Source of the DNA: an uncultured Candidatus Saccharibacteria bacterium
GTDB taxonomy: Bacteria > Patescibacteriota > Minisyncoccia > HO2-45-28
Assembly (NCBI GenBank): GCA_964574495.1
Contig: CAZNNT010000002.1
Coordinates: 1 to 54,057, forward strand
DNA: 54,057 nt
Reading direction: 5' to 3'
Notes under the pieces: model-generated
Told to the model about the DNA's origin: nothing
What the model saw: the letters and a program-made list of their open reading frames with translations, nothing else
Databases searched by the model: none
Shown here: positions 41,329-49,561 of the stretch, in pieces
Numbering within the stretch: the first letter of the stretch is position 1
Layout: the number at the start of each line of letters is the position of its first letter
Made by a program: the position numbers and the translations under genes

Positions 41329-41355
41329 AACGGATTACTGGTTTATATATTATGT

Positions 41356-42210
41356 ATGCCCAAATTTTTTGAAAAATACCGGCCGAAGTATATTTTTATA
41401 GGCGCGCTTGCCCTTGCGGCTTTGGTCGTGTGGTCGGCTGTTTTTCATTTTGAAAATGACCGGTTGATGGTCGCTTTTTTAGACGTGGGTCAGGGAGACG
41501 CGATTTTTATTCAATCCCCGGACGGGAATCAGATTTTAATTGACGGCGGGCCGAATAAAGCGGTTCTTTCGCAGTTGTCGCGCGCGATGCCTTTTTACGA
41601 CCGCTCAATTGACGCGCTGATTTTAACCCATCCGCATCAAGACCACCTTAGCGGCTTGGTTGAAGTATTGGAAAAATATGATATTGATTTGATTTTAAGT
41701 TCGGGGGACAGCGCCCCCACTGCCGAATACGCCAAATGGTCAAAATTGATTGAAGAAAAAGGAATAAAATCGGTTTTAGTAAGGAGAGGAACGCGCCTTA
41801 ATTTGGGCGGCGGCGTTTATTTTGACGCACTTTTGCCGGATGTTTTCACGGATACGGAAAATCAGCATCAAAATATGGTTGTCGGACGTCTGACTTACGG
41901 CGATATTTGTTTTTTGCTGATGGGAGATGCCGAACGCGAGCAAGAATTTAAAATTTTGCGGGACGATATTGATTGCGAGGTCTTGAAGGTCGGGCATCAC
42001 GGCTCAAAAACATCAAGTGGCGAAGCGTTTTTAAAAAAGGTTTCGCCGAATATCGCGATTATTCAGGTCGGCGAAAAAAATCGCTATGGCCATCCGTATG
42101 GGGCCGTGCTGGAGCGGCTCGCCGCCGTCTCGGCGAAAGTTTTTCGCGCCGATTCAGACGGCGCGATAATTATGGAAAGCGACGGAAAAAATATAAATAT
42201 CGTATATTGA
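41356..42210 (+). CDS. ComEC-type metallo-beta-lactamase domain protein with an N-terminal TM anchor
   Basis: TM (YIFIGALALAALVVWSAVF), then FLDVGQGDAIFIQSPDGNQILIDGGP, LILTHPHQDHLSG and KVGHHGSKTSS. This is the C-terminal module of full-length ComEC. Confidence 0.85.
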   Translation: MPKFFEKYRPKYIFIGALALAALVVWSAVFHFENDRLMVAFLDVGQGDAIFIQSPDGNQILIDGGPNKAVLSQLSRAMPFYDRSIDALILTHPHQDHLSGLVEVLEKYDIDLILSSGDSAPTAEYAKWSKLIEEKGIKSVLVRRGTRLNLGGGVYFDALLPDVFTDTENQHQNMVVGRLTYGDICFLLMGDAEREQEFKILRDDIDCEVLKVGHHGSKTSSGEAFLKKVSPNIAIIQVGEKNRYGHPYGAVLERLAAVSAKVFRADSDGAIIMESDGKNINIVY

Positions 42211-42292
42211 ATAAAAGAAAATAAAAAAACCGCCAGTCCAATGATTTGAGACCGGCGGAGAGCAGTGTGTCTAATCTTGATTGGCTTTGCTA

Positions 42293-42727
42293 TCAGGTAT
42301 CGCGTCGTTTGGCGGCTGCAATTTTAGAAATGATGTCGTGGATGACAAAGACGGTTGGCACTAAGGCCAGGATAGGGAGAAAATCCCACCTGCTCGTCCA
42401 ATACCACGGATAAACTCCGTAGTTGGTGAAAGGTCCGGCTAATATGCCAAACACACAACCAAAGCAGACAAGCCCCGCCGCAGCGCCTATCGCCGCAGTG
42501 TTTTCTGTCCCCCTCCCAAGTAAAAAATATTTCATTGCCGCACCATAACCAATTCCTCCAAGAACTGTTAGAATTAAGCCACCAAAGACGGACAATGTGA
42601 TAAAGTTTAGCCTGTCATTCTTAACAGTGGCCGACCCTATCAGTGTATATATACCGTCGCCGAAATAGATGAAAAAGTATCCGATGACAATGCTTGCCAA
42701 CAGCAGGATAATGCGTTTTGTAAGCAT
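42293..42727 (-). CDS. hypothetical 4-TM membrane protein
   Basis: 144 aa, four hydrophobic helices, strong RBS AAGGAGAAAGGAG. Confidence 0.6.
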   Translation of the reverse strand: MLTKRIILLLASIVIGYFFIYFGDGIYTLIGSATVKNDRLNFITLSVFGGLILTVLGGIGYGAAMKYFLLGRGTENTAAIGAAAGLVCFGCVFGILAGPFTNYGVYPWYWTSRWDFLPILALVPTVFVIHDIISKIAAAKRRDT

Positions 42728-43065
42728 CTCCTTTCTCCTTTTTATGGAATGGTCGGAATGACCATTCTTAATCTTCCACCAGCAATTATATTCTTATTTA
42801 TAAGTTTGTCAAGCCAAAAACTGCCATATGTGCTTGCATATTAATAAGCGCCCTTGACTCTTATGATTAAAGTGTGCAGTATTCTTAAAGTAATCCGAAC
42901 GCATTTCGCCGCCTGCGGCGGCGAGGAAGTGTCCCCGCGAAAATTCGGAAAGGCGGCGGAGCCGCACCGCTGACAATTTCAAGTTTTTCTTTGGCGGCAT
43001 TCAATCCAAGAATTCGCGGAGCGAATACCTAAAGAATATAAGATTATGAGAATAATTTCAATTTT

Positions 43066-43112
43066 AGAAAAAGATAGAGCCCCGAGCGAAAACGTGTTTC
43101 GCAAGGGGCTCT
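43066..43112 (-). terminator. rho-independent terminator after 43139..43483
   Basis: AGAGCCCC...GGGGCTCT stem with an inner GCGAAA/TTTCGC helix, then a T-run on the minus strand. Confidence 0.7.
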
Positions 43113-43138
43113 GGTGCGAGCGGATTGGCCGCTCATGA

Positions 43139-43483
43139 TTAACTCACTCGGCTGACGCTCTCGAGCATCTCTCGGCCGATCGTCCGGCTGATGAAATACT
43201 CGGGGTCGAACTCGTCGAGCGCGGTGATGGTGTAGGTTCGGAATCCCTCCCACTTACCGCTGTCGGCGACCGCCATCAGGTTGAACATCGGCAGTTCGCC
43301 GAAGTTGATCGAGCGACCGTTCATCGCGAGGATCATGTACACACGACCCTTGAGATCGCCGTTGAAGGTCTTGTTGGCGAAGACGACCTTGAGCTTGTCG
43401 CCGGGCTTGGCCGACTTGATGACCTCGCACATCTGCGCGATGGTCATGGTTTGAGCCTGCGGCTCGGACGCATGTGCGTTCAT
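43139..43483 (-). CDS. hypothetical protein (high-GC3 orphan)
   Basis: Start at 43483 (MNAHASEP), 6 nt after GAGGAGG. Codons strongly G/C-ending. Own terminator. No family recognised. Confidence 0.55.
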   Translation of the reverse strand: MNAHASEPQAQTMTIAQMCEVIKSAKPGDKLKVVFANKTFNGDLKGRVYMILAMNGRSINFGELPMFNLMAVADSGKWEGFRTYTITALDEFDPEYFISRTIGREMLESVSRVS

Positions 43484-43786
43484 GATTCGCCTCCTCAAAG
43501 AGCTGGATTACCACGAGACCCCCGTGGCGTGGGTTATCGGTTTTCCAATAATTCCGATGCTTCTAATATAGCATATATGCTCTTGAAAGTCAAGCGCAAC
43601 AGAAAAAGCCCTATAATATGGGCTTTTTCTAGGTTTCTGTATTGGATTAAAAAATTTTCTTCCCCCAAAATGCGAAATCGTGAATTCGTTTTTACCCCCA
43701 AAATTGAATACAAATTAGCCGCCGAGTCCGCCGAAAGGGCGGATAAACTCCGCGAGGCGAACCAAAACCGCTTGCAAATTCCTTAC

Positions 43787-43861
43787 TGGTGCCCTCGGCA
43801 GGAATCGAACCTGCAGCTACTCCTTAGAAGGGAGTTGTTTTGTCCATTAAACTACGAGGGC
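43787..43861 (-). tRNA. tRNA-Arg (anticodon UCU), CCA encoded
   Basis: Acceptor GCCCTCG/CGAGGGC, anticodon arm ACTCC-CTTCTAA-GGAGT, T arm GCAGG-TTCGATT-CCTGC. Confidence 0.9.
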
Positions 43862-44217
43862 TTGGTTTTGCCAAAATATTCAAACTGATTATAAGTTTTT
43901 CTTCTGTGACAATTGGCGCAACGTACATCACATTTGTTTATTTCTTTTTTGACAGATTCCCATGAATAATGTCCGGAAAGCATGTTTGATACGGTTTTGA
44001 ATTTGTTGTTAAACTTTTTGTGGTCAAAATCTAAAACTATCGGGTCATTTTCCCCGCAGTCAACACATGATTTTAAGGACAAGAATTCAAATACCCTTTT
44101 TCTCACCATAACTCTATGCCTTTTTTGTGCTCTGTAAAGGTTTTCTTTGTTTTTATAGGGCACGTGGGGATTATACCACACAATTCTAACCCAATCCAAC
44201 AAGCTCAATGCGTCCAT
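43852..44217 (-). CDS. HNH endonuclease
   Basis: CVDCGENDPIVLDFDHK...NMLSG...CDVRCANCHRRKT HNH/zinc motif. Start at 44217 (MDALS) preferred, because the longer track ORF overlaps the upstream pilus-operon gene. The stop overlaps the first 10 nt of tRNA-Arg. Confidence 0.75.
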   Translation of the reverse strand: MDALSLLDWVRIVWYNPHVPYKNKENLYRAQKRHRVMVRKRVFEFLSLKSCVDCGENDPIVLDFDHKKFNNKFKTVSNMLSGHYSWESVKKEINKCDVRCANCHRRKTYNQFEYFGKTKPS

Positions 44218-44239
44218 ATTTATAACCCAAAAACAATTT

Positions 44240-44503
44240 TTACAAAGAATCTTTGATAAGCGGTTCGGCCAGAACTTTTTTAAAGTCGGACGCCCTATTT
44301 TCAAGGATTTTTGCGGCATCATCCAAACCGGACAAATTAATCTTAATTTCTCCTGCTTCGGAAGCAGCATCAATTATCTGTTCGGAACTAAGCGTCAGGA
44401 ATAAATAAGCGCTGAATATAACCGCGCCCAAAAACAAAACGGCCGCAAGTGCCAAAAACCAAAGCCAGTATTTTTTCGGGTCGGACAAATCCGGCAATCT
44501 CAT
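44240..44503 (-). CDS. small single-TM protein at the end of the pilus operon
   Basis: 87 aa, TM (YWLWFLALAAVLFLGAVIFSAYLFL). Its start overlaps the PilO-like gene's stop by 4 nt. Confidence 0.5.
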   Translation of the reverse strand: MRLPDLSDPKKYWLWFLALAAVLFLGAVIFSAYLFLTLSSEQIIDAASEAGEIKINLSGLDDAAKILENRASDFKKVLAEPLIKDSL

Positions 44504-45024
44504 TTTATGTAACTTAAAAGACGCAAATTCACCTGCAAGCCCCAGTCCTTTTTTCCCAGGGCCTGAAAATTCGCCGTCTCCACTTTAAGCTGATAATTCA
44601 TATTTTCAAGGAGGGCCAAAAATTTAAAAAGACCGCCGAACTGGCCCCCAAGATTCAAATTGAAACCGGGCTTCCCTTCCGCGGCGTTAACCGGCAGCGA
44701 AGCCGATAGAATCTGAAGTGAAACGCCGGATAACTTCGCCAATCTTTCCAGGTCCTCAATAAATTTGACCACGCTTTTTTCGTCAACAAAGACCGAATCC
44801 ACCTCCGATTTTTTATCGGAAATATCCTCAAGCGTTTTGGTTAAATTCCTTATGTTTTTTTGTTTCGCTTCCGCCGTCGTCGCCTCCCCACGTAAAACGC
44901 CGATGCGTTCTTTCGCGCCGCTTATGTTTTGGTAAAACAGCCGCCAGCCGACGACGGCCAGCGCGTTAATTACCGACAGTATAATCAACATTTTCAACCA
45001 TTTGTTTTTCATATTCAAATTCAA
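44500..45024 (-). CDS. pilO: PilO-like type IV pilus assembly protein
   Basis: N-terminal TM, coiled coil and a C-terminal ferredoxin-like part, positioned after pilM-pilN. Confidence 0.6.
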   Translation of the reverse strand: MNLNMKNKWLKMLIILSVINALAVVGWRLFYQNISGAKERIGVLRGEATTAEAKQKNIRNLTKTLEDISDKKSEVDSVFVDEKSVVKFIEDLERLAKLSGVSLQILSASLPVNAAEGKPGFNLNLGGQFGGLFKFLALLENMNYQLKVETANFQALGKKDWGLQVNLRLLSYIK

Positions 45025-45028
45025 AAAA

Positions 45029-45583
45029 TTAATTATTCAAATCAAAAACCAAAGAATAATCAAAGTCGGCCTCCTTCAGAAGATTTGATATGGGAGAATT
45101 CACCTTTTTAAAAATAGGGTCTTTTTCGCCGGCCTGAAAAAAGTTTAGCAAATCCTCCCGGCTTCGGGCGATGCCGGATATTGAAATCCGGGACGGCTGA
45201 CCTTTGTTTTTATCGGCCGAGACGTAGGACAGGCCCGAAACTCCGATGCCGGCCGGCCGGTGGTCTAAAATCGCGCCGATCACGGGCGTCAATTTAAACA
45301 GGTTTTTTTCTTGAGCAAGAAAATTTTCAACTTCCGCGTCAAGCCCCGCGATTTTGGATTCAATGTCGGTAATATCCAAAAATGTTTGGCTATGTTTGAG
45401 CGCTTCCAATTCTCTCGCCAATTCTTTTTCCTGTGCTACGAACAAAAACCATAAAGGCGAAAGCAAAAGAATATTTACGGCTATTATCAAAAAAACGGCT
45501 AGTCCCGCAACAACGATAAATCGTTTGACCCGCTCGCCATTCAATTCATTTTGATAGTCCCGAGGCAGAAGATTAATGGCCAT
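45029..45583 (-). CDS. pilN: PilN-like fimbrial assembly protein
   Basis: N-terminal INLLP motif (MAINLLPRDY), followed by a TM and a coiled coil. Confidence 0.7.
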   Translation of the reverse strand: MAINLLPRDYQNELNGERVKRFIVVAGLAVFLIIAVNILLLSPLWFLFVAQEKELARELEALKHSQTFLDITDIESKIAGLDAEVENFLAQEKNLFKLTPVIGAILDHRPAGIGVSGLSYVSADKNKGQPSRISISGIARSREDLLNFFQAGEKDPIFKKVNSPISNLLKEADFDYSLVFDLNN

Positions 45584-45584
45584 T

Positions 45585-46706
45585 TTATTTATCTTTTAAA
45601 GCCGTTAAAGCTAGCCCCACGGCTATACTGAAAGTCAGCGATTCGTTTAAAGAGAGTTCGGGTATGTATTTCTCAAAGGGCGCCACATTAATCCACGGGT
45701 TGCCCAGCTCCGCTTTTAAACCGAGTTTGGAAGCCAGATATTCTTTAAAGCCAATCAAATTGGAATCGCCGCCCGAAAGAATTACCTTGGTTATTTGGAG
45801 CGATTCTCCGTGCACGTGTTCGGCGTGCGTGTTCCAAAATAAAATGTGCCTTTCTATTTCATCCGCCACCGCCGAAACCGCCGGCAGCAGGGTCTCGTAA
45901 ATCGCGCGGTCTTCGGGAGAGCGCGACAAGCCCCTCTCCTTTTTAATTTTTTCGGCTTCAGCCAGACCTAGATTCAGCGTTTTGGCTAAGGCCTGATCCA
46001 AGGACAATCCGGCGACGCTCACGGTTGAGCTAAAGCGCACCTTGCCTCCCGCGACTATCACGAAAGTCGTTCTGGTTCTGCCGAAATCCACAATCATAAT
46101 CGGAGGATTTTCCTGAAAATCCGGAATCAAGGCCCTGCTTAAAGCCGCCGTTTCCATAATAAAAGAAACGGGGGTCAAACCGGCGTTTAAATAAACATCC
46201 AGATAACTTTTGACTATCGTTTTGGGGAAAGCGTAGACCACGGCGTCTAAATGCTTCGGCTGAGTATCTCTGATTTTGGCTTCATTCACGATTTCCGCCC
46301 TCGGTTTTAAAAGTTCAAAATCAAAGACCGCTTCGCCCGCGGGCAAAGGTATCTTTTCGGGCAGACCCAATTCAACGGCCTCGCGCAGTTCCTCTTTTTT
46401 TGCTTCGGGCAAAGAAATAACGCTTATGTAAGATCTTTCTTCGGGCAAGGCCGAGACCAGATAATTGACTCCCAACGGCTTGAGAAAAGCGGCCAATTCA
46501 GCCGAAAGCTCGTCGGGTTTTTTTATTTCTCCGGCCACGATGGTGCCCTCCGTTAATTTTTTCTCGCCGCTTCTTTTTAAGCGCAGGCCTTTCCCCGAGG
46601 CCCGAAGCTCAATATATTTTATTGAACGATCCGAAATATCCAGACCAATCGCGGGAAAATCAAGATATCTTGGCGCGGGAAACAGGCGATAAAAAAAATT
46701 CGGCAT
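45585..46706 (-). CDS. pilM: type IV pilus assembly protein PilM (actin-like ATPase fold)
   Basis: 373 aa. GLDISDRSIKYIEL start, DFGRTRTTFVIV, ILSGGDSNLIGFKEYL. Confidence 0.85.
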   Translation of the reverse strand: MPNFFYRLFPAPRYLDFPAIGLDISDRSIKYIELRASGKGLRLKRSGEKKLTEGTIVAGEIKKPDELSAELAAFLKPLGVNYLVSALPEERSYISVISLPEAKKEELREAVELGLPEKIPLPAGEAVFDFELLKPRAEIVNEAKIRDTQPKHLDAVVYAFPKTIVKSYLDVYLNAGLTPVSFIMETAALSRALIPDFQENPPIMIVDFGRTRTTFVIVAGGKVRFSSTVSVAGLSLDQALAKTLNLGLAEAEKIKKERGLSRSPEDRAIYETLLPAVSAVADEIERHILFWNTHAEHVHGESLQITKVILSGGDSNLIGFKEYLASKLGLKAELGNPWINVAPFEKYIPELSLNESLTFSIAVGLALTALKDK

Positions 46707-46722
46707 ATCTTAATTTTATATC

Positions 46723-48096
46723 TTATGGGACTTCCTTCCAAGATTCTATCTCATAACCGCCCGACGGTCCGGAAGAGAATACCGCCCCTGCCAGTCCCTC
46801 TTCATAAGTTACAATGGCGTTATTGGAAAGATGTATTTTATTCGCGGTCAATTCAATGACATTTACGCCGTTATGAAGGTATGCCTGCGAGTAAGGCGCG
46901 TAGAATACGGCTCCGGAGGCGTTGTTATGAAGGTCCAGAGCCGAACTATGATGAGTGCAGTCGGAGCCGCCGCTGCCATTGCAGCCGCTAAGCGCGGATA
47001 TTATCAAAAGATAACTGCCGCTAGCGCCCGACCCCTGAAAAACCGCGTTATTTTGGATATGAATCCAGCTGTCGCTGATAATTATGCAGCTTCTTGAGCC
47101 AAAAGAGGCATCGCATTTTATGGACGCGCCGCTTGAACTATCCATGTCAATGGAACCGGTAAAGTAAAGAACGCCGGTCAAAACCAGAGTTTGTTTTTTG
47201 GTCAGTTTGAGATTGCCGACGATTTTTTTCGGGCCGAGCGAAAGCGCGCCATTGTCGTCGATTACGCAGGAAGGGGAGCCGCTGTCGCCGCAGTTGCCGG
47301 TTATGACGCCCCCGGCTTCGGCGTCATTTTTCCAGCCCTGCATAATTTCATCTGAAATAGGCATATCGGCCAAGGGCTGATTCGCGGAGCCGCTAAAGGC
47401 CGTTCCCGGAGTCAAAGGGTCGGGACAAGTCGGATTGGAGGGGCCATTTAAAAAATTTAAAGAGCCGGAATCAATGGTTTGGTAGTAGGCGTCGCCGCAA
47501 ATCTTACTATCATCAATGTCACTAGCCCGGACAGAACCCAAAACAATAACATCCTCAATGGAATTTGAGCCGCCCACGATCAGGTCGCCGGTTATTTTAG
47601 CGCCGTTTTCGCCGTCAACCGGACCGTTTGAATACACATTTCCTACAGCGCTTCCGGCTCCGCGAATTTCGCTATTTTGATCCATTTCCAGACCGCCCAA
47701 TCCGATTTGCGTTCCGTAATAAAAAGAAATTCCCGCTCCCTGATTAAGAACCGCTTTTATTTTGCGTAGCGCCGAGTTATATTCGCTCGCGGTCTCAATT
47801 TCTTTCAGGCCCGAAATATCGCTCACGCTTGTGGTGGCCATAAGGCCGTTTTCATAATACGAAACCTGATTCGGCATATTTTTAGCGGAAATGAAACGGT
47901 AAATCGCGTCTTCCAGCGCGCCTTCGGCGTAAATATAACTTCGCTTTGATTTTTCAAGGGTCTTGGCGCTCTGAAGTTCCAGAGCGGCAAAACCTGAAAA
48001 GGCGCCGATTAAAGCCAGAGAAATAAATAAGAAAAACAGAACCGCAGTTAGTGCCGCCTGCCCTGAATTTTTTCTTGTTTGATTTGGGAATTTCAT
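46723..48096 (-). CDS. large pilus-associated protein with a PilX-like N-terminal anchor
   Basis: N-terminus NSGQAALTAVLFFLFISLALIGAF resembles the PilX_N anchor. The C-terminal part is Gly/Ser/Asn-rich and probably beta-helical. Confidence 0.55.
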   Translation of the reverse strand: MKFPNQTRKNSGQAALTAVLFFLFISLALIGAFSGFAALELQSAKTLEKSKRSYIYAEGALEDAIYRFISAKNMPNQVSYYENGLMATTSVSDISGLKEIETASEYNSALRKIKAVLNQGAGISFYYGTQIGLGGLEMDQNSEIRGAGSAVGNVYSNGPVDGENGAKITGDLIVGGSNSIEDVIVLGSVRASDIDDSKICGDAYYQTIDSGSLNFLNGPSNPTCPDPLTPGTAFSGSANQPLADMPISDEIMQGWKNDAEAGGVITGNCGDSGSPSCVIDDNGALSLGPKKIVGNLKLTKKQTLVLTGVLYFTGSIDMDSSSGASIKCDASFGSRSCIIISDSWIHIQNNAVFQGSGASGSYLLIISALSGCNGSGGSDCTHHSSALDLHNNASGAVFYAPYSQAYLHNGVNVIELTANKIHLSNNAIVTYEEGLAGAVFSSGPSGGYEIESWKEVP

Positions 48097-48097
48097 A

Positions 48098-48616
48098 TCA
48101 GTAGCTTCCTCTTAAAACGGCGCTGGCGTAAAAAGCGCGGCTCGCTGAATTTTTTCCGGAAGACGCGGTTAAAGAAAAAGATATCTTCAGGCCCTCCGAA
48201 TGATTCGCGGTAATTTTTTCAATCCTGAATAAATCAACGGCGGTTTTGTCGGAGGTTAAAAACTCTTCCGGGCCGCTGTCTGTTTTTATAACCAAACGGT
48301 TTCCGGACAAGTAAAATTCTTTCACTACCGCGGTCGGATCGGATGCGTCGCGGACCGTGTTTAAAACGAGGCGAGAAGAATCGGAACTCAATTGGCTTGA
48401 AGCGTCAACGTTTCCGGCCATTCGGATTTCGCGCGTCATTCTTTCAAGGCCGTTTTCGGCGTCCAAAGAAAGGCGGCGAAGAACTTTCGCTTGAGAATAA
48501 GCCGAAAACATGGCCAAAACCGTATTTATGACTAAAACCAAAATAACGGCTAAAATGGCGATATATATCACCCCCTCAATCAGTCCCATTCCTTTTTGAT
48601 TTATCGGCATAGGCAT
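48098..48616 (-). CDS. type IV minor pilin/pseudopilin
   Basis: Prepilin-type leader KG|MGLIEGVIYIAILAVIL with Glu at +5. Confidence 0.7.
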   Translation of the reverse strand: MPMPINQKGMGLIEGVIYIAILAVILVLVINTVLAMFSAYSQAKVLRRLSLDAENGLERMTREIRMAGNVDASSQLSSDSSRLVLNTVRDASDPTAVVKEFYLSGNRLVIKTDSGPEEFLTSDKTAVDLFRIEKITANHSEGLKISFSLTASSGKNSASRAFYASAVLRGSY

Positions 48617-49104
48617 CAGTCCCCAAAAATATTGGTTATATATGTAATAACTTCTTTGGATTTAGCGCCCCAGGAGACCCGCGCGATAATTTTACGGCTT
48701 GAAGGGTCGTTTTCTCCCGTTAAAGAAATATTGTCTTGGGCATCGCGAAAAACGCTCTCTAAAATAAAGGTTCTGGAAAATAAGCCGTCAATAAGTTGCG
48801 GAGAAGTCGTGGCGAGCCAGACGCCGCCTGAAAATAAAAGGTGATACGGTTGGCCGAGAGATAAAGTGGCGAGATTGTTCCAGCTGTCGTCGCGCGTCAT
48901 TCGCAGGGCCTCAACTGTTTCTTCGGCGAGATAACCGGCCTTGATGCCGTTAAGGCCTTCGGACACGGCCTTAAAAGACAAACGGCTGACGGCGGCCAAA
49001 GAAAAAAGAGAAATGGAAATCAAAGAAGCCGAAATTATTATCTCAAGCAGTCCAAAACCGCGGCTTGGGCCGGCGCCGAATTTTATTTTCGCGGTTTTAC
49101 TCAT
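48616..49104 (-). CDS. type IV minor pilin/pseudopilin
   Basis: Prepilin-type leader RG|FGLLEIIISASLISI with Glu at +5. Confidence 0.7.
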   Translation of the reverse strand: MSKTAKIKFGAGPSRGFGLLEIIISASLISISLFSLAAVSRLSFKAVSEGLNGIKAGYLAEETVEALRMTRDDSWNNLATLSLGQPYHLLFSGGVWLATTSPQLIDGLFSRTFILESVFRDAQDNISLTGENDPSSRKIIARVSWGAKSKEVITYITNIFGD

Positions 49105-49558
49105 AAATCAGGCCCGCTGAATTAATATAAATCGCGCGCGTTTCCGATAAGTCCTTTTTTAGCCGCAAAGACACATTGCCTTCCGGAGACGCCTCTCCGG
49201 TTAAACGCTTAAAAACAATATCGGGGCCCGAAAAATTAATATTGAAAATCTCCACTTCTCTCGGGATGTTTCGCGCCTCGTTTTCCGGGTCGTTTTCGTC
49301 AAAATTTTGTCCCGAAAAAATCACTAGCCGCGACGATTCAAAATGCACGCCGAATTGCTTCCCTTTTTCTGAAGCCAGCGTTCTGGAACGCGTCTCGCGT
49401 AAAGCGTCAATAATGCCCTGCGACGCCTCCTCCATAATTCTGGAATCGCGAAATCCAGAAAAGGCGGTTGAAACCATAAACGCCAGAATCGCAATAATTC
49501 CGACTGAAATTAAAATTTCCAGAGCCGTATATCCCCCGCGATCCTTTGTTTTAAACAT
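49097..49558 (-). CDS. type IV pilin/pseudopilin (GspH/FimT-like)
   Basis: Prepilin-type leader GG|YTALEILISVGIIAILA with Glu at +5. Confidence 0.75.
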   Translation of the reverse strand: MFKTKDRGGYTALEILISVGIIAILAFMVSTAFSGFRDSRIMEEASQGIIDALRETRSRTLASEKGKQFGVHFESSRLVIFSGQNFDENDPENEARNIPREVEIFNINFSGPDIVFKRLTGEASPEGNVSLRLKKDLSETRAIYINSAGLIYE

Positions 49559-49561
49559 AAG

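Noticed and set aside
43044-43514. ORFs 43044..43253 and 43254..43514 in other frames of the GC-rich orphan
   Set aside because: Their Arg/Pro/Gln-rich translations are typical of out-of-frame reading of GC-rich coding DNA. The 43139..43483 frame has the RBS and balanced composition.
43852-44373. Full 173-aa version of the HNH ORF
   Set aside because: The first about 50 codons overlap the small pilus-operon gene 44240..44503 and have no HNH-family counterpart. The internal ATG at 44217 gives a typical compact HNH protein.
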